Origin: Eledone cirrhosa
Lineage: Eukaryota
Length of the DNA: 64,000 nucleotides
Assembly (NCBI GenBank): GCA_964016885.1
Contig: OZ024742.1
Coordinates: 124,744,001 to 124,808,000, forward strand
Direction: 5' to 3'
Positions 1 through 11,960 of this stretch are shown piece after piece; the first letter of the stretch is position 1; each line of letters starts with the position of its first letter. A program made the translations under genes and the position numbers. Under the pieces are notes generated by a model. That model was given only the letters and a program-made list of their open reading frames with translations, searched no databases and was not told where the DNA came from.

Positions 1-380
1 TGACCTAGTGGTTTTGGACAAGGAAAAAAGATCGTGTCTGATTGTGGATGTGGCCTGCCCATTCGACACGAGAGTGCAAGAGAAGGAGAGGGAGAAAATT
101 AACCGATACCAGGACTTAAAGTGGGAGGTAAAAAGGATTTGGAACTGCCATGAATTCAAAGATTGTCATAGGCGCACTAGGTACTATCTCAAAATGTTTC
201 CAGGGATGGTTAAAGAAAATTGGCCCCGCCCCGCTTTTTGGAATACTTCAAAAGGCATGCTTGCTGGGAACAGCAACAACTCTCCGATATGTCCTGAATA
301 TCTGAGGCTGCATGTAGTGGCTTGATATTCATTTCAACAAACTTTCCAGTTAACTAACATCAATGACTGAGACTTAAAGA
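1..380 (+). mobile_element. 3' end of R4/Dong-like RLE non-LTR retrotransposon (second copy of the 6190-9865 family, runs off window)
   Basis: Close match to 9480-9865 (DLVVLDKEKRSCLIVDVACPFD...KINRYQDL, REL endonuclease). A small deletion near 155 shifts the frame. Ends in (TAA)n at 381-419. Confidence 0.9.
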
Positions 381-662
381 ATAATAATAATAATAATAAT
401 AAAAATGATAATAATAATGTTTTCTTTATTAACCACAAGGGTTTACATAAAGTAGACATTAAGGACAGTACAGGACAATACAGGACGGTACAAATGGGCA
501 TTTCTGCGCGTAAAAAAAACAGAGGTTGAAATAAAATAACAAAGAAAAATTCCCCAATAGGGGGGAGACTTCCGAGGGACATTTGTGGAGAAAGCCGATT
601 AAAAGACCACAGTGGCCCTGACCACCATGGCAAGTGCCCTCTCCCAGTTTTCCACCTTTAAT

Positions 663-3600
663 TTACAGACACATACTCAGAGAAGGCCCATTCATTCGGG
701 CCATACTTGCTTCTCTCACCCATCTTTCAACAAAATGCTGGGAAGAGAGCACTTCCCTCTCTACCCTGATTTTCCTTTTCAAATGAAATTTGAAAAAGTT
801 AATCAGGGCATCACCGAAGAGGTAAGTGCTCGTCTTCAGCCCTTTCAAACGTGTCCACCATACTATCTCTTTCGCCATGGCCACCAGACAGATAAAAACT
901 ACCAGCCCTTCCCGGCTAAAGGAAGGGGGCGGCGCAATCCTCACGATGGACTCAGCTGATAGCTGGATCCGTCCTACACGTGACAGCAGGTGTTCGACAT
1001 AAACCCACAAGTCAGCAATGCTCGGACACTGGACGAGTGCGTACAGGACGGTTTCGTCGCCCTGCGCGCATCTCGGACATGCCCGGCTGACGGCACCTCC
1101 ATGCCTGTAGAGTTTATCCCGAACTGGCAAAGCTCCTCGGTAGCACTGCCAGGCCAGGGATTTCTGGAAGTTGTCCATAGGCCCCGGCCCGAAAGTCCTT
1201 CCGAAAAGATTGGCTAGTTGATTTTCGTCGACGCCTAGAGTTTCTCCAAGTACGTCGTCGCTCTTCCCCTCCACTAATCCCCTATAGAACGCCAAGGTGG
1301 AGTTTCCACCGATCACATTGCCCGATTGGTCGAGGGCTGTGAGCGCCTGAAGACATTCCAGTCTCCAAGCGCTCCCTCTCGGTCTACGCTTGACCCAGGA
1401 CTGCAGCTCCGTCAAGGAGACGAGCTGGGGAAAAACGTGTCTAGCAAACGGCGACCACACCTGATCACCGTCGAGGAAGAGGTGGAGATGTCGTAGCCTG
1501 AGCGCGTGTCTGCGCATCGTCAGCCACGGCATGCCCAGCCCTCCACGTAGCGGGTGTTGACAGCAGATGGACCGCCTGACAATCGGAGAGCGTCCATTCT
1601 ACAAGAAGCGAAAGAGCAAACGCTCCAGCGCAGTCAGGCGGGGCTTAGGACAAGGTACGACGGTCAGGCGGTAGTAGATGACGGATGCGATGTACGCATT
1701 CGCCACCTCCGCTCGACCTTTCAGGGATAGCTTCCTCTCGGCCCATTTTTGGGTGAGAGAAGCCACCCTGAACGTCACCTCGTCCCAGTTTTTGTCCGTC
1801 TGGAGGTCTGGACCGAACCAGAACCCTAGCAATTTAACCGGTCCGTCCGTCCAGCGCCCGACAACGCTGTTGGACGGCATGGACCTGCCTCTCCAGGTGC
1901 CGAGCTGCAGGCCCACTGACATTTCCTGGTTGATCATTGCTCCTGTCACCGCTTCGTATTCTCTTAGTGTAGTGCCGATCGCCTCGATGTGTTTGGCGTT
2001 CGACACCACTACGGTGACATCGTCGGCATATGCTGGCACGGATCTCCCGCATCCTAGTTCGCGCGGGATCCCCCTCAACGTCTCCAATTTGTGCAGTAAT
2101 GGCTCGAGAGTCAATACGTACAATAGGGACGAGAGGGGACATCCTTGGCGGACCGAGCGCATGATGTTGAACGGTTCCGAAAGGTGACCGTTCACTCTCA
2201 CTACAGAGCAGATGTCGCTGTGCATGGCAGCTATCCAGCCTCTGAAGACGGCCCCAAAGCCAGCCGCCCTCAGGACTGCCGCTAGGTAACGATGGTCGAC
2301 CCTATCGAAGGCTTTCGACTGATCTAAATTGATCAAAGACCCACCCGTGCCAGGTTCCCTAGCTACCCTCTCTACGATGTATCGCATGAGGTGGAGGTTG
2401 TCGTGGATGGATCTGTCGGGAATGGCGCATGTCTGTGCCTCTCCCACCAGACCACCAACGACAAGCGCCAACCTCTTTGCTAGCACCTTGGCCAAAATCT
2501 TGAACTCTGTGTTTAGCAGCGTTATGGGCCTAAAATTATCTATGTTATCCCCCTTGTTCGGATCCTTTCTCAGCAGCGCCACCGCTCCTCGGCTCACAGA
2601 GCTGGGAATTCTCCCGTTCTGTTGCCAGTTGCAGTAGACGTCCGCCAAGAGGCCTCCGAACAAGTTTGGCATTTGTACATAAAGTTCATAGGGCAGACCA
2701 TCCAAACCAGGCGATTTACCCCTTGTGCAACTAGTCATTGCATCCCGTACTTCAGCGGTTGTTATCGGCTTTTCGCAACACTCCGCCTCAGTGGCCGAAA
2801 GCCGCGGCAGTCCGTCGAGGTAGACACTAAAGTCCATCCCTCGATCCGGCCCGCCACTGCCCCCGAACAGTTGAGCGAAGTGTCGCTGAAAAGCTTCACA
2901 CATTTGCCCGGGATCGAGTAGCATGCGCCCGTCGTGGTCCACCAAAGACCGGATCGTGGCTTTGTTGCCACGGCGCGCCTCCGCCACCCAGGCCCATTGA
3001 ACGGCTTTCGTCCCCTCGTGTCTGAGAGCACGCACCCTAGCTCTGACAACGCAGCCTTCGTGCTTTGCATTGAAGAATTGGTCAAGGGCCAATTTCGCCG
3101 CAAGTACGTCGGTCGCGATGCCTTTGCTAAGCGCCTCATCTAATTTTCTAACTAATTCTCCCTCTGCTCTATTTTTCTCTATTGCTAAAGTCTTACTAAA
3201 CCTAATGGACTCTATTCTAATTGCTCTTTTCAGAGCAAACCACCACTTGTTGTTGACGATGGCCCCCGTCAACGCCAGCTTAACTAGTTCGCTAATCCGG
3301 TCTCTGTAGGCCTTGCGCGCTGGTAAGGACGCGTTTAGCTTCCAGTAGCCGGGTCCTCGTCTATGAAGCCTATCTAAGTCAAGCACACAGATCACGAATT
3401 TGTGGTCCGTGTAGCTGACTATCTTGAATTGTGGACAGCCTATGCTAGACCTATCTATTTCCCTACAAAATACTATATCTAGATATGATCTGGATGACCC
3501 TATGCGATTTGTCCAAGTCCACATTGGTACATTCGGGAAATCCAATCGGTACCTGTCAGACAGGTCAATACGTCTGAGCAGGTTGGTGAGACTCTTGCAC

Positions 3601-4082
3601 CCTCCTTCCCTATCCACTAATCCCACACAATCCCAGCGTGCATCTAAGATCCCGTTCCAGTCGCCCACTAACACTAAAGAGCGGGACGTTCCAAGAAAGG
3701 TCTCCAGACGCCGGAAGAAATCAGGCCGCCCTGCTCCTGTCGGGGCATAGACGACCACTAACCTGAAAGCTTGCCCGTTTCCGCTGGTCACGTCCAGCAC
3801 CACCAACTTACCTTCTGGGTCCAGGAAGATGGCCCGTATGGCAAGATCCAAACCTCTCCGAAAAAGCACAGCAACTCCTCCCCCCGATCCCGGACGGCTG
3901 GGAGATGCGTACACATCGTAGCCGCCGAAGATCGGTGCGAAAGCCTGTGCTTCGGAGATTCTGGTCTCGCTGATGGCCACTACATCTATGTTTAGTGACC
4001 TGAGGTCGTTGAGCAGGTGGCCCTAATTCCATGACGACCCCAAGCCACGCGCATTTATGCTGCCTATTCTGAGTGAGGTCAT
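663..4082 (-). pseudogene. Tx1-like ORF2: apurinic endonuclease + reverse transcriptase + C-terminal Cys motif
   Basis: MTSLRIGSINARGL...AISET, GDWN, YTDH (APE). KSPGLDG, FRPITLLN, LDQSKAFD, RQGCPLS, YADD (RT). CPRC...ET. One reading frame with two in-frame TAG stops (4023-4025, 1599-1601). Confidence 0.9.
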
Positions 4083-4116
4083 GTTGAAAAGGAGTGGAAA
4101 AGATGGGAAAGACCAC

Positions 4117-5565
4117 TTACCTTACTTCTCGTAGGGAAAGGACGGTTTTTCCATCCTTTTCACTGCTTGTGGCCTCCTCAGGAAGGATGTCCTTATAAAT
4201 CCTTCTGGAGAGTGCTTGTCGGAAGTCTCCGATGTCTTTGGGGAATTTTTGTTTTAGTGTCATGTACGTTTTCTGTGTGATGCGAGTGATTTGTATGTGT
4301 GGAGGTGGTGTGAATTTTGGGGTTGTCGTGTAGTCTTTTTCTGTGATGCTGGTGTTGTGTTGGATGTAGTGTAATAATTGCTTGTTGTTCAAATTTAATG
4401 CCGTGTAGTGTGTATCGTTTTGGTTGTTTTGTTTTGTTTGCGTTTGTTGTGGGTTTGTTTCTGTTTCGCATTTTGGTGACTTTTGTGGTGTAGGTGATGG
4501 TGGTGCTGGGGTTAATGATGGTGATGGTGTTGGTGTTTGGGTTGATGGGGTTGGTGATGCTGGTGTGGATGGTGGCATATCTGTCCTAACTTTTTTCTTT
4601 CTTAATTTATTTGTTTCCCTCTGTATTTTGTTTTTGGAGGGGGAAGGAAGAGAATTTTTTCTTTTTTGGTTTTTTTTTTTTTTCCGGATATCGTTTCCCA
4701 CTCCTCGTCATCACAATCTGTCTCCAGTTGTGATAGGCCGGGGAGTGGAAAATCCTCCACAGCCGTTAGTTTTGGTTGTGGTGTGGTGGATGGTGTAGGC
4801 GCTGGTGCTAGTTCTGAAGCGTTGGGTGGTGGTGGTGTTGGTTTTGCTGGTGGTGGTAGTGGTGTTGGTTTTGCTACTGTTGCTGGGGTTGTTGCTGTTA
4901 TAGTTGCTTCTGTTGTTGCTGCTACAGTTGTTGCTGTCATCTCTGCTACTCGTGGTGTTGATGGTTGTGTCACTGGGGTGGGTAGGAGAGGTGGCCTCAA
5001 CCTTTTAGCCTGAGGGCAGAAAGCCCTTAGGTGGGTTCCTTCACCACAAACGACACACCTAGGTCTTCTGCCCTCGACAATTACCGTGAGGTGGCTGCCG
5101 TCAGTGAGGTCTATTACCTCTGGGATCTCCTCAATGCTTTTTTGGTCCGCTTGGATCAGGAGCTCCATCCCAGATCCGGACTAGTTTTCCTGCTTTTCTT
5201 TTGCTATTGCTATTATTTTCGTGTTGGCTTCGATGCCGGCGAGGACGGCCGCTACTAGCCAGGGAATTTCGATGGCCGGTGGAACGTGGGTCACCCTGAT
5301 CTTTACGAGTCTCTGGCCACAATAGCTTGGGACGAGTGTGAAGTCGTCACTTTTTAATGGGGCCATGGAGTTTTCTCTAGCCTCCTCTGGTGTTTTCAAA
5401 GAACACGTCCACGGTTCCATACTTTTGCCCACGTCTGATGTGGGTTTTTCTTGCCCACACATGTCCCAAAGCTTTTTGGATTTGGGACTCGGATGCCCGT
5501 TCCACTCGGCGCGATTTTACATTTATTGTTCTATACGACACGGTGCATAGGCGCCGATGCTCCAT
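4117..5565 (-). pseudogene. Tx1-like ORF1 (zinc knuckle, Pro/Thr-rich), frameshifted
   Basis: ORF pieces 5377-5565, 5181-5462, 4602-5168 and 4117-4701. CX2CX4HX4C motif CVVCGEGTHLRAFC. Lies directly upstream of ORF2. Confidence 0.7.
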
Positions 5566-6189
5566 TTTATTAGGTGGGGGGGTATATCCAAAAAAGAAAA
5601 TGGCTATAAATGGAAGAAGAACCCCCCCCCCCCCTCCTCTCCTCTGTCTACACTATATAGAACAGCCAAACTCACCAACACCAGAAACTAGATACACCAC
5701 CCACCTCATCACCTGTGTACACTAAACACAACAGCCAGATAACGGCAATTTCACCACCACCGCTCACTACTGCCATCATTACCACCACTATCCCATCACC
5801 GCCGCCACCACTCTTCATTCCTTCACTGACCACCACTGCCTCGGTATCGACATCACCACCACCACTGTCTCAGTATCGCTACCGCCGCCAGTCTCCCACT
5901 TCTACCAGCTGGCTGCTGCCACCACATTATAGAATTCCTACTACTAAAAAAGAGGAAGGCATCAAAATATATAGATAGACTCAAAAGAAAAAAGAAAAAA
6001 CAAACAACAAAACCAAAGCAGCACAGCACCAACAGCAAAAAAACGAGAAAAACAAACAGAGAAAAACAAAAACAAAAAAAAACAAAAAACGTAAAGAAAA
6101 TAAGAATGAAGAGAGAAGCAGGCGGACGGACAGAGAAGAGGGGGGAAACTAAAACTAAAAAAACAAAAACTAAGTCAGACATTCGAACA

Positions 6190-9100
6190 CTACATTACAA
6201 TGAAACTTATGCTTATTCATTTTTGGGGCCCTTTCTGCCTGTGTGTTTGTTTATGTGTGTTCATATACAGCGTGGTGATAATGCCACAAAAGGGCCAAGT
6301 GGAACGGCGAATCCACAGATGGCTATGTAACCATACATTCGCCAATCCTCGATAAGAGTGTTTAAATATCGAACATAAACAGTTCGAATAACGGTGAAAT
6401 GGAGACTAGAACGTCATGTGACAGACTCTCACCCAACAGGTGCCCCCTGGCTCAGCAGCAGGAACCTGACTGTCAACCAAATACTGCTGATGTTGGAGGA
6501 AGAAGAAGAAGGAAAGGGGCCAGAACCAACTGGACGAAAGAATTGAATAGAACTGTTATGCAATGTTACCTGAAAAGTAACCCCAAGGAGAGGGGCTACA
6601 GGAGACGGATGCATAACATCTGGAACGAGATTGGTCTATTTAAATTAGATGAACAAAAATTGGCCGGGCAGGCTCGGGTAATAAGAACTAATGGGTGGAT
6701 AAGCGAGCTGGAACTGGAGGAACTGAGCAGAGAGAATGGCTTGGAGATGGCGGGTGTAGTATGCCAGACAAGCGAGCCAGTGGGAAATGAAGGTGAAGAG
6801 GTCCTGAGAACGGAGGAACCACCCGAAGCAGACAATGATCTGAATACTGAGATAAATAATACCTGGAACAGAGATACGGCCACTGAGGAGATGAATGCTG
6901 ACGGGCTAGGACAAGATTCGGTTGACATCCTAAATTTAGTGGTAGATGAATTGAACAATGATAGTGGGAGACCTATGAACCTAAGATTTGTAGACAGGAA
7001 AAAGTTAAAAGAAACAACAGCTAAGGTAAACAAAGTCATCCCATACCTTGAGGCGAGGAGCCTTCACCAGTGCAACAATATCCTCAAAGCAACAGCAAAT
7101 ACGGTGAGGAAACTACTTGGTATAAAAGCGAGAGGAAACAACAGACAAGAAAGAGCAGAGCCGTGGTGGAAGAAACGACTGAGTAGTCAAATCGGGGAAA
7201 TGAGAAATGACATAGGAAAGCTTGAGTCACTACTGAATGGGACACTAAAAAACATAGGCACTAAAAATAGACTGGAAATAAAGTACAAAACTAGGAGGAA
7301 AAAGCTAAATATTATCATAGAGGAACTGAAGCAACGCATTGTAGCAAAGAGTGCAAAAATCAGGCGATACGAGAACAGAGTCAGTCAGTATAAACAGAAC
7401 CGCATGTTCGAAAACAACCAGAAGATGTTGTTTGGACAGCTTGATGGGAAAGAAAGAGGAAACGACTTGATCCCTGGGGCGGAGCAAACTATAACATTCT
7501 GGAGAGGAATATGGGAGCAGGATGTTAGACATAATGTCCAGGCAGGGTGGATTGAGACAGTACAGAGAGAGATCGGTGAGCAGACACACCAACAAACTGA
7601 TTTGAGTATCACAGTTGAAACTCTTAAGGGGCAGGCCAAAAAACTAACCAGCTGGAAATCACTAGGCCCAGATGGTGTGCAGGGGTATTGGATTAAAAAT
7701 TTAACATCCCTCCACCCGAAGCTGACGGCCATGTTCAATGACTGCTTGGTGTCGGGTGAGGTGCCAGAGTGGTTGACAAAAGGTACCACAGTTCTGATAA
7801 TGAAAGACCGAATCAAGGGTAATGATATTACCAACTATAGACCTATCACATGTCTGTCCGTAATGTGGAAACTGTTGACGAGCATTGTGTCTGAGGAAAT
7901 CTACCATCACCTACACACAAACAACTTGTTACCGGACGAAGAGAAAGGATGCCGAAAGAAGTCACGTGGTACAAAAGACCAGTTACTTATTGATAAGATG
8001 GTAATGGGGAATTGCAGGAGGAGACACACTGATCTTGCCATGGGATGGATAGACTACAGAAAGGCATTTGACATGGTGCCTCATTCTTGGATCACCAAAA
8101 GCCTGGAGATCTTCAGGGTGGCAGATAACATCAGACAGTTGCTGGGCAGGAGTATGGGGTCCTGGGAGACAGAGTTGACATCAACTGGAGTATCCTTGGG
8201 AAGCGTGAAGATCAAGAGAGGTATCTTCCAGGGAGATAGCCTGTCCCCTCTGTTGTTTGTCCTTGCCCTGATGCCCTTGACCATTATGCTGCGAAAAGTG
8301 AGCGCAGGATACAAGTTGGGAAAGGGAGAGCTTACCATCAATCACCTCCTCTTCATGGACGATCTTAAGCTCTTCGGGAAAAGTGAGAAGGAGTTGAATG
8401 TGCTTGTTGACACTGTCCGTATTTTCAGCAGTGATATATGTATGCAGTTTGGTATTAGTAAATGTGTAGTCATTGTGATGAGGAGGGGTAGGTTGAGCAG
8501 AAGTAACGGGATCCAGATACCAACAGGTGAGATGATAAAGGAAATTGACTCTGAGGAAGGATACAAGTATTTGGGCGTTCTGGGGGCTGATGGCATAAAG
8601 AACAAAAAAATGAAGGAATTGTTAAAAACTGAATACATTCGGAGAGTAAGGAGCGTATTGAAGTCACATCTGAACAGCAGAAATGCCATAAGCGCAGTAA
8701 ATTCCCGAGCTGTGTCTATTATTAGGTACACTGCTGGAATTCTGAGATGGAATGTTGCTGAACAAAAAGAAATGGATAGGAAGACTAGGAAGCTATTGAC
8801 TATCTACAACATGTTCCACAAGAGGAGTGATGTCGATAGACTCTACCTAAGGAGATCTGAGGGTGGAAGAGGTCTTATCAGCATAGAGGACTGTGTTCAG
8901 ATGGAGAAAAACAAACTATACAAATACGTGACCTATAGTAAGGAGCCAATGCTCAGAACTGTACTGAAGGAGGGGACAGTAGGCCAGGGGATGTCCAAGG
9001 AGGAAATAACATCAAGGAGGAAGAGCAGCCTTAAGGGAAAATCCCTTCATAGTACCTTCTTTGAGAAAACTGAACTTAGAGATCCACAGACATGGAACTG

Positions 9101-9865
9101 GTTGAGAAGAGGAGACCTCAAAAAGGCTACAGAAGGAATGCTAATGGCTGCGCAGGAGCAGGCCCTCAAAACGAAGTGGTTGAAGCACCATATCTACAAG
9201 GAGGAGGCCAGCTCACTGTGCAGGATCTGTGGAGAGAGAGAGGAGACTGTGGCTCACATTGTGTCCGAGTGTAAACACCTAGCCCAGACCCACTATAAGG
9301 GCTGGAGACACGATGTGATGGGCAGGGTGATCCACTGGCACCTGTGCAAAGTAAACAATCTACCACATTCTGAGAAATGGTATGAGCATAGGCCAGAGGC
9401 GGTGATGGAGAACAATCAGGTGAAGGTGCTGTGGGATTTTAGGATACAGACGGACAAAAAACTGGAACACAATAGACCTGACCTGGTGGTTGTGGACAAA
9501 GAAAAAAGATCGTGCCTGATTGTGGATGTGGCCTGCCCGTTCGACACGAGAGTGCAAGAGAAGGAGAGGGAGAAAATTAACCGATACCAGGACCTAAAGT
9601 GGGAGGTGAAAAGGATTTGGAACTGCCATGATGTCAAAGTGATCCCGATTGTCATAGGCGCACTGGGGACTATCTCCAAAAGTTTCCAGGGATGGTTAAA
9701 GAAAATCGGCCCCTTCACGCTTTTTGGAACGCTTCAAAAGGCATGCTTGCTTGGAACAGCAAGAACCCTCCGATACGTCCTGAATATTTGAGGCTGCAGG
9801 TAGTGGCTTGATATTCAATCCAACGGACTTTCCAGTTAACCAACATCAATGACTGAGATTCAAGG
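6190..9865 (+). mobile_element. R4/Dong-like RLE non-LTR retrotransposon, apparently full length
   Basis: Single long ORF, ~75 bp 3' UTR, (TAA)n tail at 9866-9885. 5' boundary approximate. Confidence 0.88.
6399..9791 (+). CDS. Reverse transcriptase + CCHC zinc finger + restriction-like endonuclease (1130 aa)
   Basis: YRPITCL, DYRKAFD, GIFQGDSLSP, FMDD, YKYLG; CRICGEREETVAHIVSEC; RHD; RPDLVVVD...IVDV; KINRY. Uninterrupted ORF. Confidence 0.93.
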   Translation: METRTSCDRLSPNRCPLAQQQEPDCQPNTADVGGRRRRKGARTNWTKELNRTVMQCYLKSNPKERGYRRRMHNIWNEIGLFKLDEQKLAGQARVIRTNGWISELELEELSRENGLEMAGVVCQTSEPVGNEGEEVLRTEEPPEADNDLNTEINNTWNRDTATEEMNADGLGQDSVDILNLVVDELNNDSGRPMNLRFVDRKKLKETTAKVNKVIPYLEARSLHQCNNILKATANTVRKLLGIKARGNNRQERAEPWWKKRLSSQIGEMRNDIGKLESLLNGTLKNIGTKNRLEIKYKTRRKKLNIIIEELKQRIVAKSAKIRRYENRVSQYKQNRMFENNQKMLFGQLDGKERGNDLIPGAEQTITFWRGIWEQDVRHNVQAGWIETVQREIGEQTHQQTDLSITVETLKGQAKKLTSWKSLGPDGVQGYWIKNLTSLHPKLTAMFNDCLVSGEVPEWLTKGTTVLIMKDRIKGNDITNYRPITCLSVMWKLLTSIVSEEIYHHLHTNNLLPDEEKGCRKKSRGTKDQLLIDKMVMGNCRRRHTDLAMGWIDYRKAFDMVPHSWITKSLEIFRVADNIRQLLGRSMGSWETELTSTGVSLGSVKIKRGIFQGDSLSPLLFVLALMPLTIMLRKVSAGYKLGKGELTINHLLFMDDLKLFGKSEKELNVLVDTVRIFSSDICMQFGISKCVVIVMRRGRLSRSNGIQIPTGEMIKEIDSEEGYKYLGVLGADGIKNKKMKELLKTEYIRRVRSVLKSHLNSRNAISAVNSRAVSIIRYTAGILRWNVAEQKEMDRKTRKLLTIYNMFHKRSDVDRLYLRRSEGGRGLISIEDCVQMEKNKLYKYVTYSKEPMLRTVLKEGTVGQGMSKEEITSRRKSSLKGKSLHSTFFEKTELRDPQTWNWLRRGDLKKATEGMLMAAQEQALKTKWLKHHIYKEEASSLCRICGEREETVAHIVSECKHLAQTHYKGWRHDVMGRVIHWHLCKVNNLPHSEKWYEHRPEAVMENNQVKVLWDFRIQTDKKLEHNRPDLVVVDKEKRSCLIVDVACPFDTRVQEKEREKINRYQDLKWEVKRIWNCHDVKVIPIVIGALGTISKSFQGWLKKIGPFTLFGTLQKACLLGTARTLRYVLNI

Positions 9866-9886
9866 AATAATAATAATAATAATAAT

Positions 9887-10074
9887 TGTTTCTACTTTTG
9901 GTACAAGGCCAGCAATTAAATCAGTGTATTACTGGTACTTTATTTTATCGACCCCGTAAGGATGAAAGGCAAAGTTAACCTCGGCGGGATTTGAACTCAG
10001 AATGGCAAGGGCCGTAACTCTATGCGTCAAAACATAGTGTCCGCTCCTCTACCGATACAGCCAATCCACCGCCC
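9887..10074 (-). mobile_element. tRNA-derived SINE (cephalopod-type, Nin-domain-like core)
   Basis: Minus strand: A-box-like TGGCTGTATCGG, B box GAGTTCAAATCCC, core GCCGAGGTTAACTTTGCCTTTCATCC...GGTCGATAAAATAAAGTACCAG, (ATT)n tail. Second copy at 26465. Confidence 0.8.
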
Positions 10075-10092
10075 TAATAATAATAATAATAA

Positions 10093-10346
10093 TCAGTGGT
10101 TGGCATCCTCTGTACTGAAATCGGAGACTGAAGGACTGATTATATCAGCACAAGTTCAGTGTCTGCCAACAAAAAATTATCAAGCCAACATAATAAAAAA
10201 TGGATGCAACCCATTATGCCGTGTATGTAAAAACAACCAGAGACCATTGACCATATAATTTCAATGTGAAGTCCTATAGCTCCAACCGAATACCTAATCA
10301 GGCATGACAGAGCTGCACAATACATACATTGGATAATGTGTAAAGA
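10093..10346 (+). pseudogene. Relic of a different R4-like element (pre-zinc-finger/RHD region)
   Basis: WLASSVLKSETEGLIISAQ...CRVC...TIDHIIS...YLIRHDRAAQYIHW parallels the C-terminal part of the 6399 ORF. Starts right after (TAA)n. Confidence 0.7.
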
Positions 10347-10462
10347 TTTTTATACGGATTCTCCCTATATCGGACTTCGTTGGGTTTATAAGCCTGATGG
10401 ACGGTTTACGGTCGAAATCTGATTTGTGGTCCTTCAGTGTGAAATAGGGAGTCCGTGGGCCT

Positions 10463-11960
10463 TCCTAGACCGCATTATACCAAAAGTTAAGCAAAACGCG
10501 AGAATTAGCCTATGGGTCAACACCCAGGAAGTTATCTCATGGTTCAGCAATATGGAGGACAAACGAGACACAACATTCATGCAGTTTGACATAGAGAGTT
10601 ACTATGCTTCAATTACCTTACCGCTCCTTACGGCCGCCTTGGACTTCGCCGAAATACTCGCGCCCATCACCGACCAGGAAAGAAATATCATCCTCCACGC
10701 CAGGAAGACTGTCCTTCTTTTCGACATTCCAAATGGATAAAGTGAGCGCCTGATTCCCCCTTCGATGTGAGTATGGGCGCGACGGATTCAGCTGAGGTCA
10801 CAGATCTTATAGGATTATTCTTACTATTTAAACTCACCGAAAGGTTTCCTGCATTCGTCGGCGGATTGTACCGTGATGATGGGCTCCTTACCCTCAAAGG
10901 GTACAACCCCAATAGTACGGACCGGGTCCGTAAACAATTAATCAGCTTCTTCCTCGATTGGGGATTTAAAATAAACCTACAAACGTACCTAACCCGAGTA
11001 AACTTCCTGGACGTTACACTTAACCTCGATAATGATCCCTACTACCCATACAGGAAACCTAACGACAACCTGCATTACATCCACCGCCGGTCGAACCACC
11101 CTAGAAACATCACCAATAACCTGGTTAAAAACATCCCCCTCCGCATATCTCGTCTGTCCGCTAATGAGCAGATATTCGAAGAACATGCGCTTTTAAACAA
11201 CCAGGCCCTCAAGCGGAGTGGCTTCCGGGAGGTAATATCCTATCATCCATCTTCCATTAGCGGAACCAGCATGCGGCACCGCCGCTCACGCAACGTAACG
11301 TGGTTCAACCCTCCCCACAATGCCGAGGTGACAACACCTATCGGAAAAATCTTCTTTAGGCTCATCGAAAAACACTTCCCACTACAACACCGCTACCACA
11401 ACATAATCAACAAAAACACCATTAAATTCTCCTACAGCTCCACACCTAACTTTGCACAAACATCGTCTCCCCTAACAACTAAAAACTCAACCCCCATGGA
11501 AGAAATAACCGAGACAGCAGTGGAGAGCCGATCAGGAGGTGCAACTGTCCTGATAGATCCCTTTGCCCCCTCAACAGCAGATGCCGAGATCGTAATGTGA
11601 TCTACCAGTGCAACGTGAGGACAGACACCTCCAACAGAGCTTATATAGGATTAACCGGTTGTGACTTCAAGACCCGACTCTACCTACACAGACATACTTT
11701 CAGAAACCCGGCCCAGCGTCACACCACTACACTCTCGGGCCACATCTGGATCTGAAAGATAATAATATAACATATACTTGCAGCTTTCTGTCCAGAACTA
11801 ACTCTTACACCGGAGGACGCCGTCCGTGTAACTTATGCTCGGAGGAAACATTACAAATGCTGTTTGCGAAGGACCAACTCCTAAACAAGAAAGACGAACT
11901 GGTAACTGCATGCAAGCACAGATTGCGTATGACTTACCTCGCCCTCAAACCCCATAATGA
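10463..11960 (+). pseudogene. PLE RT + GIY-YIG endonuclease, frameshifted
   Basis: ORF pieces 10426-10740 and 10767-11600, plus a downstream frame with the GIY-YIG motif and CNLC...CKH C-terminus. Confidence 0.85.

Larger units (their letters stand above)
421..6185 (-). mobile_element. Tx1/L1-clade non-LTR retrotransposon, near full length, disrupted
   Basis: Minus strand carries ORF1 (CCHC) and ORF2 (APE + RT). 3' end reads AATAAAGAAAAC then (ATT)n. 5' boundary uncertain (5570-6185 is low complexity). Confidence 0.85.

Noticed and set aside
663-4082. Selenocysteine or readthrough recoding in Tx1 ORF2
   Set aside because: The stops are TAG and ORF1 is also frameshifted, so decay is the simpler explanation.
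4115-4127. Tandem splice-donor-like GTAAG GTAAGT (minus) between Tx1 ORF1 and ORF2
   Set aside because: No acceptor or transcript evidence; such short motifs arise by chance.
6270-6360. HDV-like ribozyme in the R4 5' UTR
   Set aside because: A hairpin and GGCGAA are present, but the nested double-pseudoknot order could not be built by eye.
10401-10430. HHR-like CTGATGG...CGAAA
   Set aside because: It is the antisense of inverted PLE RT coding sequence and lacks stems I/III.
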